Part shown: piece by piece, positions 37,194 through 46,023 of the stretch | How positions within the stretch are numbered: the first letter of the stretch is position 1 | Layout: each line of letters starts with the position of its first letter | Assembly: GCA_034007055.1 (NCBI GenBank) | Contig: JAVERP010000019.1 | Coordinates: forward strand, 398-64,397 | Length of the DNA stretch: 64,000 nt | Origin: Sphaerochaeta sp. | GTDB lineage: Bacteria; Spirochaetota; Spirochaetia; Sphaerochaetales; Sphaerochaetaceae | Direction of reading: 5' to 3' | Notes under the pieces: model-generated | Told to the model about the DNA's origin: nothing | What the model saw: the letters and a program-made list of their open reading frames with translations, nothing else | Database searches by the model: none | Translations under genes and position numbers: made by a program

Positions 37194-38354
37194 ATGGTAG
37201 GGTATAATCTGAAAGGAAATATCAAAATGGCACGATTAGATTCGCTATCAGTCCGTGGGTTTAAGTCAATACGAGAGATTGAATCACTTGCCTTAACTGA
37301 CCTCAATCTTCTCATAGGTGCCAATGGATCAGGCAAAAGTAATTTTCTTGAGTTGTTTAAACTTCTTCGAGCAAGCATGCAGCTTCCTCTACCGGGATTT
37401 ACAGAAACAAATCTTAAGAAGTATATTTTAGATTCTGGTGTTGCTGCGGATTTTTTATATAAAGGTAAGCCTGAAGCGACTCAGATATATTTCAAGCTGG
37501 ATTTTGGAGAAAATGGTTATGGGATGGTATTAGTCCCGACCCAAGATGATTTGCTTCGTATAGAGTCGGAAGGAACGTATTATAAAGGTAAGGATCGTTG
37601 GTATAGCTTACATTCTCCTGATGGTTTTACTCCTGCCCTATTGAATGAAAAGGACACAAGAGGGGTATATGGGACGCGTGGTGTTGGTTATTATGTTTAT
37701 GAATCAATTAAGAACTGGCAAATGTATCATTTCCATGATACAGGAAGACTATCTCCAATAAAACCTTCTCAAAGTGTGTTTGATCATAGGTATCTGCGTT
37801 TTGATGGCTCGAATTTGGCCAGTTATCTTCTATTCCTTAAGGAGCATCCTAGTTATCATTTCTTTTATTCCCAAATTGTAGAAGCTGTACGTCAAGTAGC
37901 ACCCTTTTTTGATGATTTTATTCTGGAGGCGAATCAACAGGACCTCGTGAGACTGCTTTGGAAGCAAAAAGGTTCAGATTATCCTATGAAACCACAAGCC
38001 CTCTCAGACGGTACTCTTCGCTTTATCTGCCTTGCTACAGTCCTTCTACAACCAAAGCATCCTGATACCATCATCATTGACGAGCCCGAGCTTGGGCTTC
38101 ATCCGTATGCAATTGGCCTTCTAGCAGAGCTCATGCAAGCACGATCTACGGATACTCAACTAATTGTGGCAACTCAATCACCTGCTTTGATCAGTCATTT
38201 TGAGCCTGAAGATATTATTGTTTGTGACCGAAAGGAAGGACAGTCTACCTTCACCAGGCTAAATTCTGATTCATTAGATGTTTGGTTGGAAGACTATTCT
38301 CTTGGAGAGTTATGGATTAAAAACATACTCTCCGGGGGGCCTATACATGAATGA
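37194..38354 (+). CDS. ABC/SMC-like AAA ATPase (AAA_15/21-type, OLD/AriA-like ATPase module)
   Basis: 386 aa. RGFKSI...LLIGANGSGKSN (Walker A), signature-like LSDGTLRF, Walker B IIIDEPELGLHP, ATQSP. ATG 37194 has a strong SD (GAGGAGGA); the alternative ATG 37227 gives the more usual MARLDSLSVRGFKSI N-terminus. Confidence 0.8.
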   Translation: MVGYNLKGNIKMARLDSLSVRGFKSIREIESLALTDLNLLIGANGSGKSNFLELFKLLRASMQLPLPGFTETNLKKYILDSGVAADFLYKGKPEATQIYFKLDFGENGYGMVLVPTQDDLLRIESEGTYYKGKDRWYSLHSPDGFTPALLNEKDTRGVYGTRGVGYYVYESIKNWQMYHFHDTGRLSPIKPSQSVFDHRYLRFDGSNLASYLLFLKEHPSYHFFYSQIVEAVRQVAPFFDDFILEANQQDLVRLLWKQKGSDYPMKPQALSDGTLRFICLATVLLQPKHPDTIIIDEPELGLHPYAIGLLAELMQARSTDTQLIVATQSPALISHFEPEDIIVCDRKEGQSTFTRLNSDSLDVWLEDYSLGELWIKNILSGGPIHE

Positions 38355-39030
38355 GGTCATTGTAATTGTTGAAGGGTAAAGCGAACAATCATTTTTAAGA
38401 TCAGTTTTGGCCCCATACCTTGGAGAACAGTCCTGTTATATTCGCGCACAACTGATTGGTCCTTCAGGCCATAAGGGTGGAGGTGTTTCTTTTGAGCGCT
38501 TTTCCAAAGATGTGGGAAATGCCTTAAAACAAAGAGGAGAAACCTATATCTCTTCAATGTTTGATTTTTTTCGGCTTGATTCTACATGGCCTGGTATGGA
38601 TGATTTGTGTAGAGCCTTGCAGGTCGGACGGAAACTTGATAAGAACGAGATAAGTACAATATTGCAAAATAAAACTTTGGAAAGGCTTGAAACTCTATTT
38701 CCAAAATATGCTGTTGCAGCACGGGTATTCCCCTATTTCTCCATGCATGAGTTTGAAGCTCTGCTCTTCTCTGATGTTCAAAAACTCAGTGAAGGATTAA
38801 GTGTACATGAACAGGATTTACAACGGATTTTGGATTATTATAATGGTGATCCGGAACTGATTAATACGGATCCTTCAAAAGCACCCTCGAAAGTGCTGAA
38901 ACGCTTATATCCACAATATAAGAAGGTTCTTCAGGGAACACGCATTGCTCATTCTATTGGAGTAGAAAAAATAAAAGACGAGTGTACTTGCTTCAACAGT
39001 TGGGTAACTCGAATGCTGGAATTCTCTTGA
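38347..39030 (+). pseudogene. DUF4276-family gene interrupted by an in-frame TAA at codon 11
   Basis: ATG 38347 overlaps the ATPase stop by 8 nt (ATGAATGA). Reads MNEVIVIVEG-TAA(38377..38379)-SEQSFLRSVLAPYLGEQ... in one frame to 39030. Downstream blocks MHEFEALLFSD and DPSKAPSKVLKRLYP match my recollection of DUF4276. The track only reports the TTG-initiated 38407..39030 part. Confidence 0.65.
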
Positions 39031-39387
39031 GTTATTGAACGAATATTTCAATGAATCTTTATCATAGGATTGCAAGATGGTAATCTGCAAGTTTGTATCT
39101 TGATGATCCTTCATTCCATTATATATCCTTCTATCTAGGATCCTGAAACTGCTTCCCCCTTTCTTTGCAGTTGAGCATAGGCCCCTATGTTCTTTCCATC
39201 CAACCAAAAGATGAACAGCTTGTAGTCGTAGTCTTTGTTCTCCAAGCCCTTGTTGCCTTAATCCTCTCATCCATGATATCTTTACTATAGTCTCATATGA
39301 GACGGTTAAAACTGCTATATAGTTGATTATCCCCTAATAAATGGGTAATATTGCTATATAGGTAGCTCAAGGTTACTAAAGGATGGT

Positions 39388-40044
39388 ATGCAAACAAATT
39401 TCTCATCTGACCACACACTCTTGGAATTGCTACTTGATTCCAAAACCATCACTACCTCATCATTAAGGCGTACTTCCTATCCAAAGGGACAGGTAGTGGG
39501 GGATAGTGATGGATCAGCTTCTTTGGCTGTCTTTGTGGAAGAGGGAGAGCTTGATGTGTTCAGCATTGCACTCGACGGTGCCACCATTCTGGTATCCACC
39601 TTGGGCCCCTCGGAGGTCTTTGGCATAAGCAACCTGTTTGAAGAAAAGGACCTACGCACAAAGTTGCAGTGCCGGACCAATTGTGTGCTGCTCTCTCTTC
39701 CTAAAGACGTATTGCGTATGGCAATACTCAAAAGTCCCCTTGCAATGGTCGAATATGCAAAGCTCTGCAACCGTAAGATTCAGTTCCTGATCAGGCGCAT
39801 CGAGCAGCTCAGCCTTACCTCTGCCCGGTCGAAAGTGGCTGAGTACCTGTTGAGCAACACCTCCGTCGAACTGCCGGAACTCTCTCTTGATTCGAAGGCT
39901 TCCCTGACCCTGCCTTTGGGCATCAGCAGGGCGTCCCTTTTCAGGGAGCTCTCTGCCTTGGAGAAGATGGGTGCTGTATACAGCAACGGATCACTGGTGC
40001 GGGTATTGGACCGTATGGTTTTGGAGAGTGTTCTCCATAGATAG
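39388..40044 (+). CDS. Crp/Fnr-family transcriptional regulator
   Basis: 218 aa. N-terminal cNMP-binding-like beta-roll and C-terminal HTH (LPLGISRASLFRELSALEKMG). Confidence 0.8.
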   Translation: MQTNFSSDHTLLELLLDSKTITTSSLRRTSYPKGQVVGDSDGSASLAVFVEEGELDVFSIALDGATILVSTLGPSEVFGISNLFEEKDLRTKLQCRTNCVLLSLPKDVLRMAILKSPLAMVEYAKLCNRKIQFLIRRIEQLSLTSARSKVAEYLLSNTSVELPELSLDSKASLTLPLGISRASLFRELSALEKMGAVYSNGSLVRVLDRMVLESVLHR

Positions 40045-40081
40045 AATATGTAGGTGCCACATTGGCACAGGAGTAATGAGT

Positions 40082-41098
40082 ATGAAGAAGGTAAGTCTGG
40101 TGTTACTGGTATTGGCGATGAGTTGTGTCGCCCTGTTTGCGTCTGGAGCGAAAGAGGGGGTCAATGCTGACTTCCAGACCCTCCTTGATGGTGAAAAAGC
40201 CCCTGTCGATGTCAGGGTCCTGGCAATGAAAGGACCTACTGCCATGGGCATGGTCTCCCTGATGGAAGAGGCAAAGAAAGGTGTGATGGATGGAAATGCC
40301 TACATCTTTGACGACTTGGCCACCATTGATGTGGTTGTCGCCAAGCTGGCAAAGGGCGAGGTAGACATCGCAGCGATCCCTGCCAACCTTTCTTCTGTGT
40401 TGTTCAACAATACCAAGGGTGCCCTGAAGGTTCTGGCAATCAACACCCTGGGCGTCCTGTATATTATGGAAAGTGGTGATAGCATAAAATCTATTGAAGA
40501 TCTTGCCGGAAAGACCATATTCTCCACAGGAAAGGGAGCATCCCCTGAGTATGCCCTCAAGTATCTGCTCAATGCCTATGGGGTAAAAGATGTGACCATT
40601 GAGTGGAAGAGCGAGACTGTAGAGTGTGTTGCTGCTCTGGCTCAGAAGCCCAACAGCATTGCAGTGTTGCCACAGCCTTTTGCCACCGCTGCTATGATGA
40701 AGGATCCAACCATCCGAGTCGCCCTCGATATGACCAAGCTCTGGGAAGACATCCAAGGTTCACAGCCATTCCCAAGCACCATGATGACCGGTGTTGTTGT
40801 TGCCCAGACCTCTTTTGTTGAGAAGCAGCCAGAAGCTGTCAGCAAGTTCCTCGATCACTATGCAGACTCCGTTGCCTATGTGCTCTCCAACCAAGAAGAG
40901 GCTGCTCGTCTTATAGGTGCTTTGGAAATTGTTCCTGCCCCTGTTGCCTTGAAGGCTCTTCCTTTCTGTAATATAACCTATATTGATGGTACCGAGATGA
41001 AAACTAAACTTTCTGGTTATCTCAAGGTATTGTATGATCAGAATCCCAAGAGCGTAGGTGGAGCACTGCCAACCGATGATTTCTACTTCATTCGCTAA
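40082..41098 (+). CDS. ABC transporter substrate-binding protein (NMT1/THI5-like, nitrate/sulfonate/HMP type)
   Basis: ATG 40082 lies 8 nt after AGGAG. Signal peptide MKKVSLVLLVLAMSCVALFASG. Periplasmic-binding fold followed by a matching permease and ATPase. Confidence 0.8.
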   Translation: MKKVSLVLLVLAMSCVALFASGAKEGVNADFQTLLDGEKAPVDVRVLAMKGPTAMGMVSLMEEAKKGVMDGNAYIFDDLATIDVVVAKLAKGEVDIAAIPANLSSVLFNNTKGALKVLAINTLGVLYIMESGDSIKSIEDLAGKTIFSTGKGASPEYALKYLLNAYGVKDVTIEWKSETVECVAALAQKPNSIAVLPQPFATAAMMKDPTIRVALDMTKLWEDIQGSQPFPSTMMTGVVVAQTSFVEKQPEAVSKFLDHYADSVAYVLSNQEEAARLIGALEIVPAPVALKALPFCNITYIDGTEMKTKLSGYLKVLYDQNPKSVGGALPTDDFYFIR

Positions 41099-41846
41099 CA
41101 ATAAAAAAGGGACTATCAGGATATGGTCGGTCCTTCTCTGGCTGGGGATATGGCAACTTGTTGCCATGACCCTAGGCCAAGATATCCTGCTTGTCTCTCC
41201 TCTCGATGTTATGATACGCCTTTTTGACCTGGGCATAACCGGGTCTTTTTGGCTTTCAATTGGGTACTCCTTCTCGAGAATTGCTGGGGGATTTTTTCTA
41301 GCAACCCTCATAGGGGTACTTTTTGCTATCTTTTCCTACCGTTACCGGTTGGTTGAGGAGTTTCTTGCTCCTCCCATGCAGACGATAAAGGCAACCCCTG
41401 TCGCATCGTTTGTTATCCTTACCCTTGTCTGGATAGCTCCACAGAATCTCTCAGTCTTCATCTCTTTTTTGATGGTGCTTCCCATCATGTACACCAATGT
41501 CCTGATGGGCATTAGAAGCACTGACAAAAAACTGTTGGAAATGGCAGAGGTCTTCCGTGTCCCCACCTATAGGCGTATCCGCTATATCTACCTCTCCCAA
41601 GTGCTGCCCTTTTTCCGATCTGCGTGTTCGGTTGCTTTGGGTCTGGGCTGGAAGGCTGGAATTGCTGCAGAGGTGATAGGGCTCCCCCAAGGCTCGATCG
41701 GGGAGATGCTCTATCAGGCAAAGATCTACCTGGATACTCCGGATATGTTTGCCTGGACGCTGGTTATTATCATCATTAGCGTATGGTTTGAAAAGATTGT
41801 CCTTACGCTTTTGGATAGGGTGGTCTTAAAGATGGAGCACCTATGA
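41076..41846 (+). CDS. ABC transporter permease (NitT/TauT-type)
   Basis: About 256 aa with six TM helices and an EAA-like loop (LEMAEVFRVPTYRRIRYIYL). Start at ATG 41076 or GTG 41058, overlapping the end of the SBP gene. Confidence 0.8.
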   Translation: MISTSFANNKKGTIRIWSVLLWLGIWQLVAMTLGQDILLVSPLDVMIRLFDLGITGSFWLSIGYSFSRIAGGFFLATLIGVLFAIFSYRYRLVEEFLAPPMQTIKATPVASFVILTLVWIAPQNLSVFISFLMVLPIMYTNVLMGIRSTDKKLLEMAEVFRVPTYRRIRYIYLSQVLPFFRSACSVALGLGWKAGIAAEVIGLPQGSIGEMLYQAKIYLDTPDMFAWTLVIIIISVWFEKIVLTLLDRVVLKMEHL

Positions 41847-42433
41847 AAAACCTGCAGATTCAAAACATATCCAAACGGTATGGTGATACGGTTGTATTCG
41901 ACCGGTTTAGCTCTACCCTGCATTCAGGAGAAGTAAATGTGCTTTTTGGAGCTTCAGGCTCGGGAAAGACAACACTGTTACGCCTCATCATGGGCCTCGA
42001 AGAGGCCGATGAGGGTTCCCTATCCTCCTTTGATAATCTCCAGCTCAGTGCTGTCTTTCAAGAAGACCGTCTATGCAACAACCTCTCGGCCTTCTCCAAC
42101 GTAAAGCTGGTGGTGGAGCCTTCAGTCTCCACCGAACAGATACGGGCAGCCCTTGGTGCCGTAGGGCTCGGGGATGCCATTCGCAAGCCTGCCAGAGAGC
42201 TGTCTGGTGGAATGAGACGAAGGGTTGCCCTGGTGCGTGCCCTCCTGGCTACATATGACCTAATTATTCTTGATGAGCCCTTCAAAGGGTTGGACGACCT
42301 GACTAAGAATCAGGTTATTGCCTATACAGTGGAAGCCACCAGGGGCAAGACGGTAATCCTGGTGACCCATGATATGGAGGAGGCTGACCTCATGCAGGCC
42401 AAGCACGTCATCAATCTTGAGGATATCCGGTAG
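41843..42433 (+). CDS. ABC transporter ATP-binding protein
   Basis: 196 aa. Walker A GASGSGKTT, signature LSGGMRRRVAL, Walker B LILDEPF, H-loop VTHD. 4-nt overlap with the permease gene. Confidence 0.88.
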   Translation: MKNLQIQNISKRYGDTVVFDRFSSTLHSGEVNVLFGASGSGKTTLLRLIMGLEEADEGSLSSFDNLQLSAVFQEDRLCNNLSAFSNVKLVVEPSVSTEQIRAALGAVGLGDAIRKPARELSGGMRRRVALVRALLATYDLIILDEPFKGLDDLTKNQVIAYTVEATRGKTVILVTHDMEEADLMQAKHVINLEDIR

Positions 42434-42817
42434 TCAGATTTTCATATCCAAGGTGAAGTTCTCCGGCTTGAATGCATCGCTGCCAAGCCAGATGTCTATC
42501 TGCAACCCACTATCAGTATTGGAGACACTTGCTTGCTTGATCTGCCATCCGATGAGGTTGAGCCTAGCCTCCCAAGCCATGTCGTGCCCTGCCATCTGCC
42601 CATAGTACTGAGCAAGTTCAGGGCGCTGTGTCTTGGGGTTGAGGGACTTGCGAATCTTATCCAATTCCTTTTTTGACCTTGGTATGTCGTCAAAGAAGCT
42701 GATATGGGCCCCATCTTCCTCTTGATGGAGGGAGACAACCAGCCTGAGCGGATTGCCCTCCAGCATGAAGTTTGTGAGCTCTCCGATAAGACGGCCTAAA
42801 AATTCTTTTCGTTTCAT
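42434..42817 (-). CDS. Hypothetical protein, translationally coupled to the DUF1576-like gene
   Basis: 127 aa from ATG 42817, which overlaps the upstream stop (ATGA). No family recognised. Confidence 0.55.
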   Translation of the reverse strand: MKRKEFLGRLIGELTNFMLEGNPLRLVVSLHQEEDGAHISFFDDIPRSKKELDKIRKSLNPKTQRPELAQYYGQMAGHDMAWEARLNLIGWQIKQASVSNTDSGLQIDIWLGSDAFKPENFTLDMKI

Positions 42818-44085
42818 ACTTGGAAATCCTCCCTGGGGCGATTGGTCCTGTACCATTGTAGAAGGGCTATGATAAGGGTTGCGGTCAGTCCACCGGCGAA
42901 GCCATTGTTATAGAGGTCCAACCCCCCATGCCAGGCTGCGGTGGTCTCTACCATGAACAGGTGTGTGAAGCCTGCTATTACCCCAGCCATAATACCAAAC
43001 TGTCCTGCTATAGGGGCTAGGGTGGTGCAGAAGAGGGCCGCCAGAATGGGCCCCGGAGCAGAGAGCTGCTTGCCAAACACCAGTGTCGCCAAGACTACGC
43101 CGACCACAACCGGCCAGACGTTCTTCAAGGTCTTGCCAAATCCTCCAAAGCCCATCACCGTCAACATCCCCCCGATCACAGGGCCGTTGAACGGAGCCTT
43201 CACCAACCAGACATACAAGGAAGAGCCGAGCCCCAACAGCCCCATATTGATCAAGGCCGAGCCCGCGGTCCCTGCATCGAAGATGTCAGTGGGCAGCCTT
43301 CCTGTGAGCTTTTGCAGATCGCGCAGTTCTGTCAGGGTCTCACGGATATTGGCGAAGCCATCGATGATGAGGGCTGAAATGATAAGGAGAACTGATAAAA
43401 TAGGTATAAGCAGGTAGAGAGCAGGCTCTGCCGCTGTATTCCAGATAATTGTCATCGGTTCCATTTTGTTGCTTGCGACAAGCAGTCCCGACACAAAAAG
43501 GCCGATGAAGCCACAACTAAAGCCGGTGGTGTAGAGGTTATATCCCTGATGGAGCTGTAAAATTGAGCCGGCGACACCTGGGAGGATAAAGCCTGCAAAA
43601 AGGCCGCTGAAAATTCCCAAAGGGATAGAGCTTATAAGGGGCAAGCCTATTTCAAACATAATGAAGGTCACCACAGGACCCAAGGCGGTACCGAAGAGTG
43701 CGATAAGGCTGTAAGATCCGAGGGTGTTGCGAGTCACTCTTGCAGCAATCCATACACCCCCAATGATGGGAAGGATATTGAGGGGTGTTTTGCCGAAGAA
43801 ACCGAAGCCTATCATGGTGAAGATGGCTGCAATGGTAGGGCCCGAGAGGCTGATGGTTGCAAAGAAGACTATCGTCAGGCCGATAAGTCCAACAAGGGCG
43901 GCATTGAACATGGCGGCGCCAACGCCTGCCTGGGTAAAGTCATTGATCAGGCGTGCACCTCTGATCTGCAGGTGCAGAAAGCCTTGCAATGTCGTTACAG
44001 GGCCATCCAAAGCTAATCCAGTGACTGCCAGGCCAAGGATAAAGATGAGCATGATCGTATATAGGCTTTTTTCAGTACGTTCCAT
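42814..44085 (-). CDS. DUF1576-like polytopic membrane protein
   Basis: 423 aa with about 11-12 TM helices. Glycine-rich helices resemble the DUF1576 family as I recall it. Confidence 0.55.
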   Translation of the reverse strand: MERTEKSLYTIMLIFILGLAVTGLALDGPVTTLQGFLHLQIRGARLINDFTQAGVGAAMFNAALVGLIGLTIVFFATISLSGPTIAAIFTMIGFGFFGKTPLNILPIIGGVWIAARVTRNTLGSYSLIALFGTALGPVVTFIMFEIGLPLISSIPLGIFSGLFAGFILPGVAGSILQLHQGYNLYTTGFSCGFIGLFVSGLLVASNKMEPMTIIWNTAAEPALYLLIPILSVLLIISALIIDGFANIRETLTELRDLQKLTGRLPTDIFDAGTAGSALINMGLLGLGSSLYVWLVKAPFNGPVIGGMLTVMGFGGFGKTLKNVWPVVVGVVLATLVFGKQLSAPGPILAALFCTTLAPIAGQFGIMAGVIAGFTHLFMVETTAAWHGGLDLYNNGFAGGLTATLIIALLQWYRTNRPREDFQV

Positions 44086-44197
44086 AGTTGGCCCCTTTTC
44101 GTATGCGATCGGATGGTCTCATGCTAAAGGCTTATGAAGTGTTGCGCAAGAAGTTTGAACAAAGAGTTGGAAGAGGCAAGAATCACTGCCTCTCCAT

Positions 44198-45103
44198 TCA
44201 TCCGATTGAAATGCAGTTTCTGCCCTTCTGCTTGCTCTGGTACATCAATTGGTCTGCCATTTGGATAATCAGGTCTTTTGAGACAGGTTTGTCCACAATG
44301 ACTGATCCGACGGAGACCGTAACTTGGATAGGATTTCCATCCACCAGCAAGGATGATGATTCAACAAGCATTCGTATTCGTTCGGACACTTGCTCCAGAT
44401 TTTTGCTTCCGATAGAGGAGAAAATGACAAGAAATTCATCTCCACCCCATCGGACGACAAGATCATCAGAGCGCACAGCACTCATCATACTCTTGGATGT
44501 CATCTGTAGTATCCGATCTCCCATACCGTGGCCATAGGTGTCATTGATTGTCTTGAAATTGTCAATATCAACCAAGGCCACTGCAAATGGAGCCTGGAAC
44601 TCCTGTAACTCTAATAATTTGTTTGAGAGGAAATTTTCTGCATATCTTCTATTTGAGAGTCCTGTAAGCTGGTCAGTCATAGCGAGAATTTTAAATTCTT
44701 CTATATCACCCATAACATGCCGCAGTTCAGTAGCAGTATTTTTCTCAGCGAAAAGTTCGATTGCCCCGATGATTTTGCCTTTATCAGCCATGGGAAACGT
44801 TCTCACGACTACAGGTACCCTATGACCATTTTTATGGTGTAAATATACTGACGCTTCACGTCTGATGCTATCATCAATGGTTTTATGCAGGGGACACCCA
44901 TCTATGCACAGGTGTGTACCAGCATCGTCAACATGATTGAGGATATTGTCATAGCAATGACTGTTGAGGACTTCTGATGCAGAAAATCCCGTAATTTCTT
45001 CAGCATAGTTGTTCCAGAAGGTGATCTTACGATTTGTATCTACAAAATAGACACCTTCCTTGATACATTGTAAGATTTCTTTATAGATGAGGCTTTTAGT
45101 CAT
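44198..45103 (-). CDS. PAS-domain diguanylate cyclase (GGDEF)
   Basis: 301 aa. N-terminal PAS (GVYFVDTNRKITFWNNYAEEITGF), then GLSNRR and RWGGDEFLVIF (GGDEF). Confidence 0.9.
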   Translation of the reverse strand: MTKSLIYKEILQCIKEGVYFVDTNRKITFWNNYAEEITGFSASEVLNSHCYDNILNHVDDAGTHLCIDGCPLHKTIDDSIRREASVYLHHKNGHRVPVVVRTFPMADKGKIIGAIELFAEKNTATELRHVMGDIEEFKILAMTDQLTGLSNRRYAENFLSNKLLELQEFQAPFAVALVDIDNFKTINDTYGHGMGDRILQMTSKSMMSAVRSDDLVVRWGGDEFLVIFSSIGSKNLEQVSERIRMLVESSSLLVDGNPIQVTVSVGSVIVDKPVSKDLIIQMADQLMYQSKQKGRNCISIG

Positions 45104-45207
45104 TTTGTATATAGTTTTCCTTGTCTGTTAGGCTATAGTAAGATTGATGGCTGGTTTGATGATTGTCAATATTAAGATTTGGTATTTTTTTGTATTTTAC
45201 CAAAAGT

Positions 45208-45245
45208 AACACCCCCTCTCTTGTCTCAGCAGGAGAAGGGGGCAT
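45208..45245 (-). repeat. Degenerate copy of the terminator hairpin found at 46099..46138
   Basis: AACACCCCCTCTCTTGTCTCAGCAGGAGAAGGGGGCAT, compared with AACACCCCCTCTCTTGCTTCTCTGCAGGAGAGGGGGTGTT at 46099. The stem is imperfect here. Lies 4 nt from the first CRISPR repeat. Confidence 0.5.
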
Positions 45246-45249
45246 AAGA

Positions 45250-45348
45250 GTTTCAATCCACGCACCCGCTAGGGGTGCGACGAGACTTTGGAGGATAGGC
45301 TTCAGATATTCTGGGGGTTTCAATCCACGCACCCGTGAGGAGTGCGAC
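45250..45348 (-). CRISPR. Orphan mini CRISPR array: two 32-nt type I-C-like repeats and one 35-nt spacer
   Basis: Repeats at 45250..45281 and 45317..45348 are 29/32 identical. Reverse complement of repeat 2 is GTCGCACTCCTCACGGGTGCGTGGATTGAAAC, the GTCGC...GTGCGTGGATTGAAAC form typical of I-C repeats (orientation inferred from this). Spacer at 45282..45316. No cas genes in the window. Confidence 0.7.
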
Positions 45349-45440
45349 TCTTACACTTACTTCTTATTACATTCAGTACAGTAAAAGCAAGCTTTTGCGA
45401 ACCAGGTTATGAGAGTTTTACAGTGTATGTCAATTTTAGC

Positions 45441-46023
45441 TGGTAAATCCGGCTAGATTCATCACCAGAATCTGGGAATTTTTCATCACCTAAATCCGCT
45501 TATTCTTCACCACCTGCAGTTATCTTGTTGATGATACCACTACCGATAAAACCCCTGAATATGAACATAGGGGGCATTTGGTTTCTTGGAATGATACCCT
45601 GGCATTGGGCTTGTAAGGCTTCAAGAGCCCTCAGCTTGAGATCAAATAGGGATATGGTGGAATACCTTCGTTCAAGCATATAGAAGGCGGTTGGGCAGTG
45701 ATTAGCTGCACAGAATGCAGTCCTGATCTAGAATGAGTTCTAACTGATGCAGGAAGGCATCAATTGACGCTTACTCAGCTGTAGGACATTCATGCACAGC
45801 TATTGGCTTCTGGAGGGGCGTTGTTTGTACATTCAAGTGCTTATTTAAGAATTCATTCTTTCATATCATGGCTGAAGTCTCTCCTTCCCCAAAGGTCCCC
45901 AAGTATTTCATAAGCTACCTACCAAACTCTTCGCTGCCGCTATTCAGTTACTGATGAAATATAACCGGATTCTACTGGTGAAAAATAGTCGGATTTCAGT
46001 GGTGAGGAAGACCGGATTTACCA
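45441..46023. mobile_element. 583-bp non-autonomous transposable element (MITE-like) with multi-site TG...CA ends
   Basis: Terminal inverted repeat TGGTAAATCCGG (45441..45452 and reverse complement of 46012..46023). Flanked by direct TTTAGC at 45435..45440 and 46024..46029. Three tandem ~24-bp units of the form (T/C)nnAATCCGn-N5-7-TTCA(C/T)CA(C/G) at each end (45441..45513 and 45951..46023, inverted). No ORF of 60 aa or more inside. Confidence 0.7.

Noticed and set aside
40045-40081. Expected TPP riboswitch upstream of the NMT1/THI5-like ABC transporter.
   Set aside because: Only 37 nt separate the Crp-family gene from the transporter start, which leaves no room for a riboswitch.
45096-45332. 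78-aa minus-strand ORF upstream of the PAS-GGDEF gene.
   Set aside because: It runs through both CRISPR repeats and the hairpin copy, so it is an artefact of repeat sequence.
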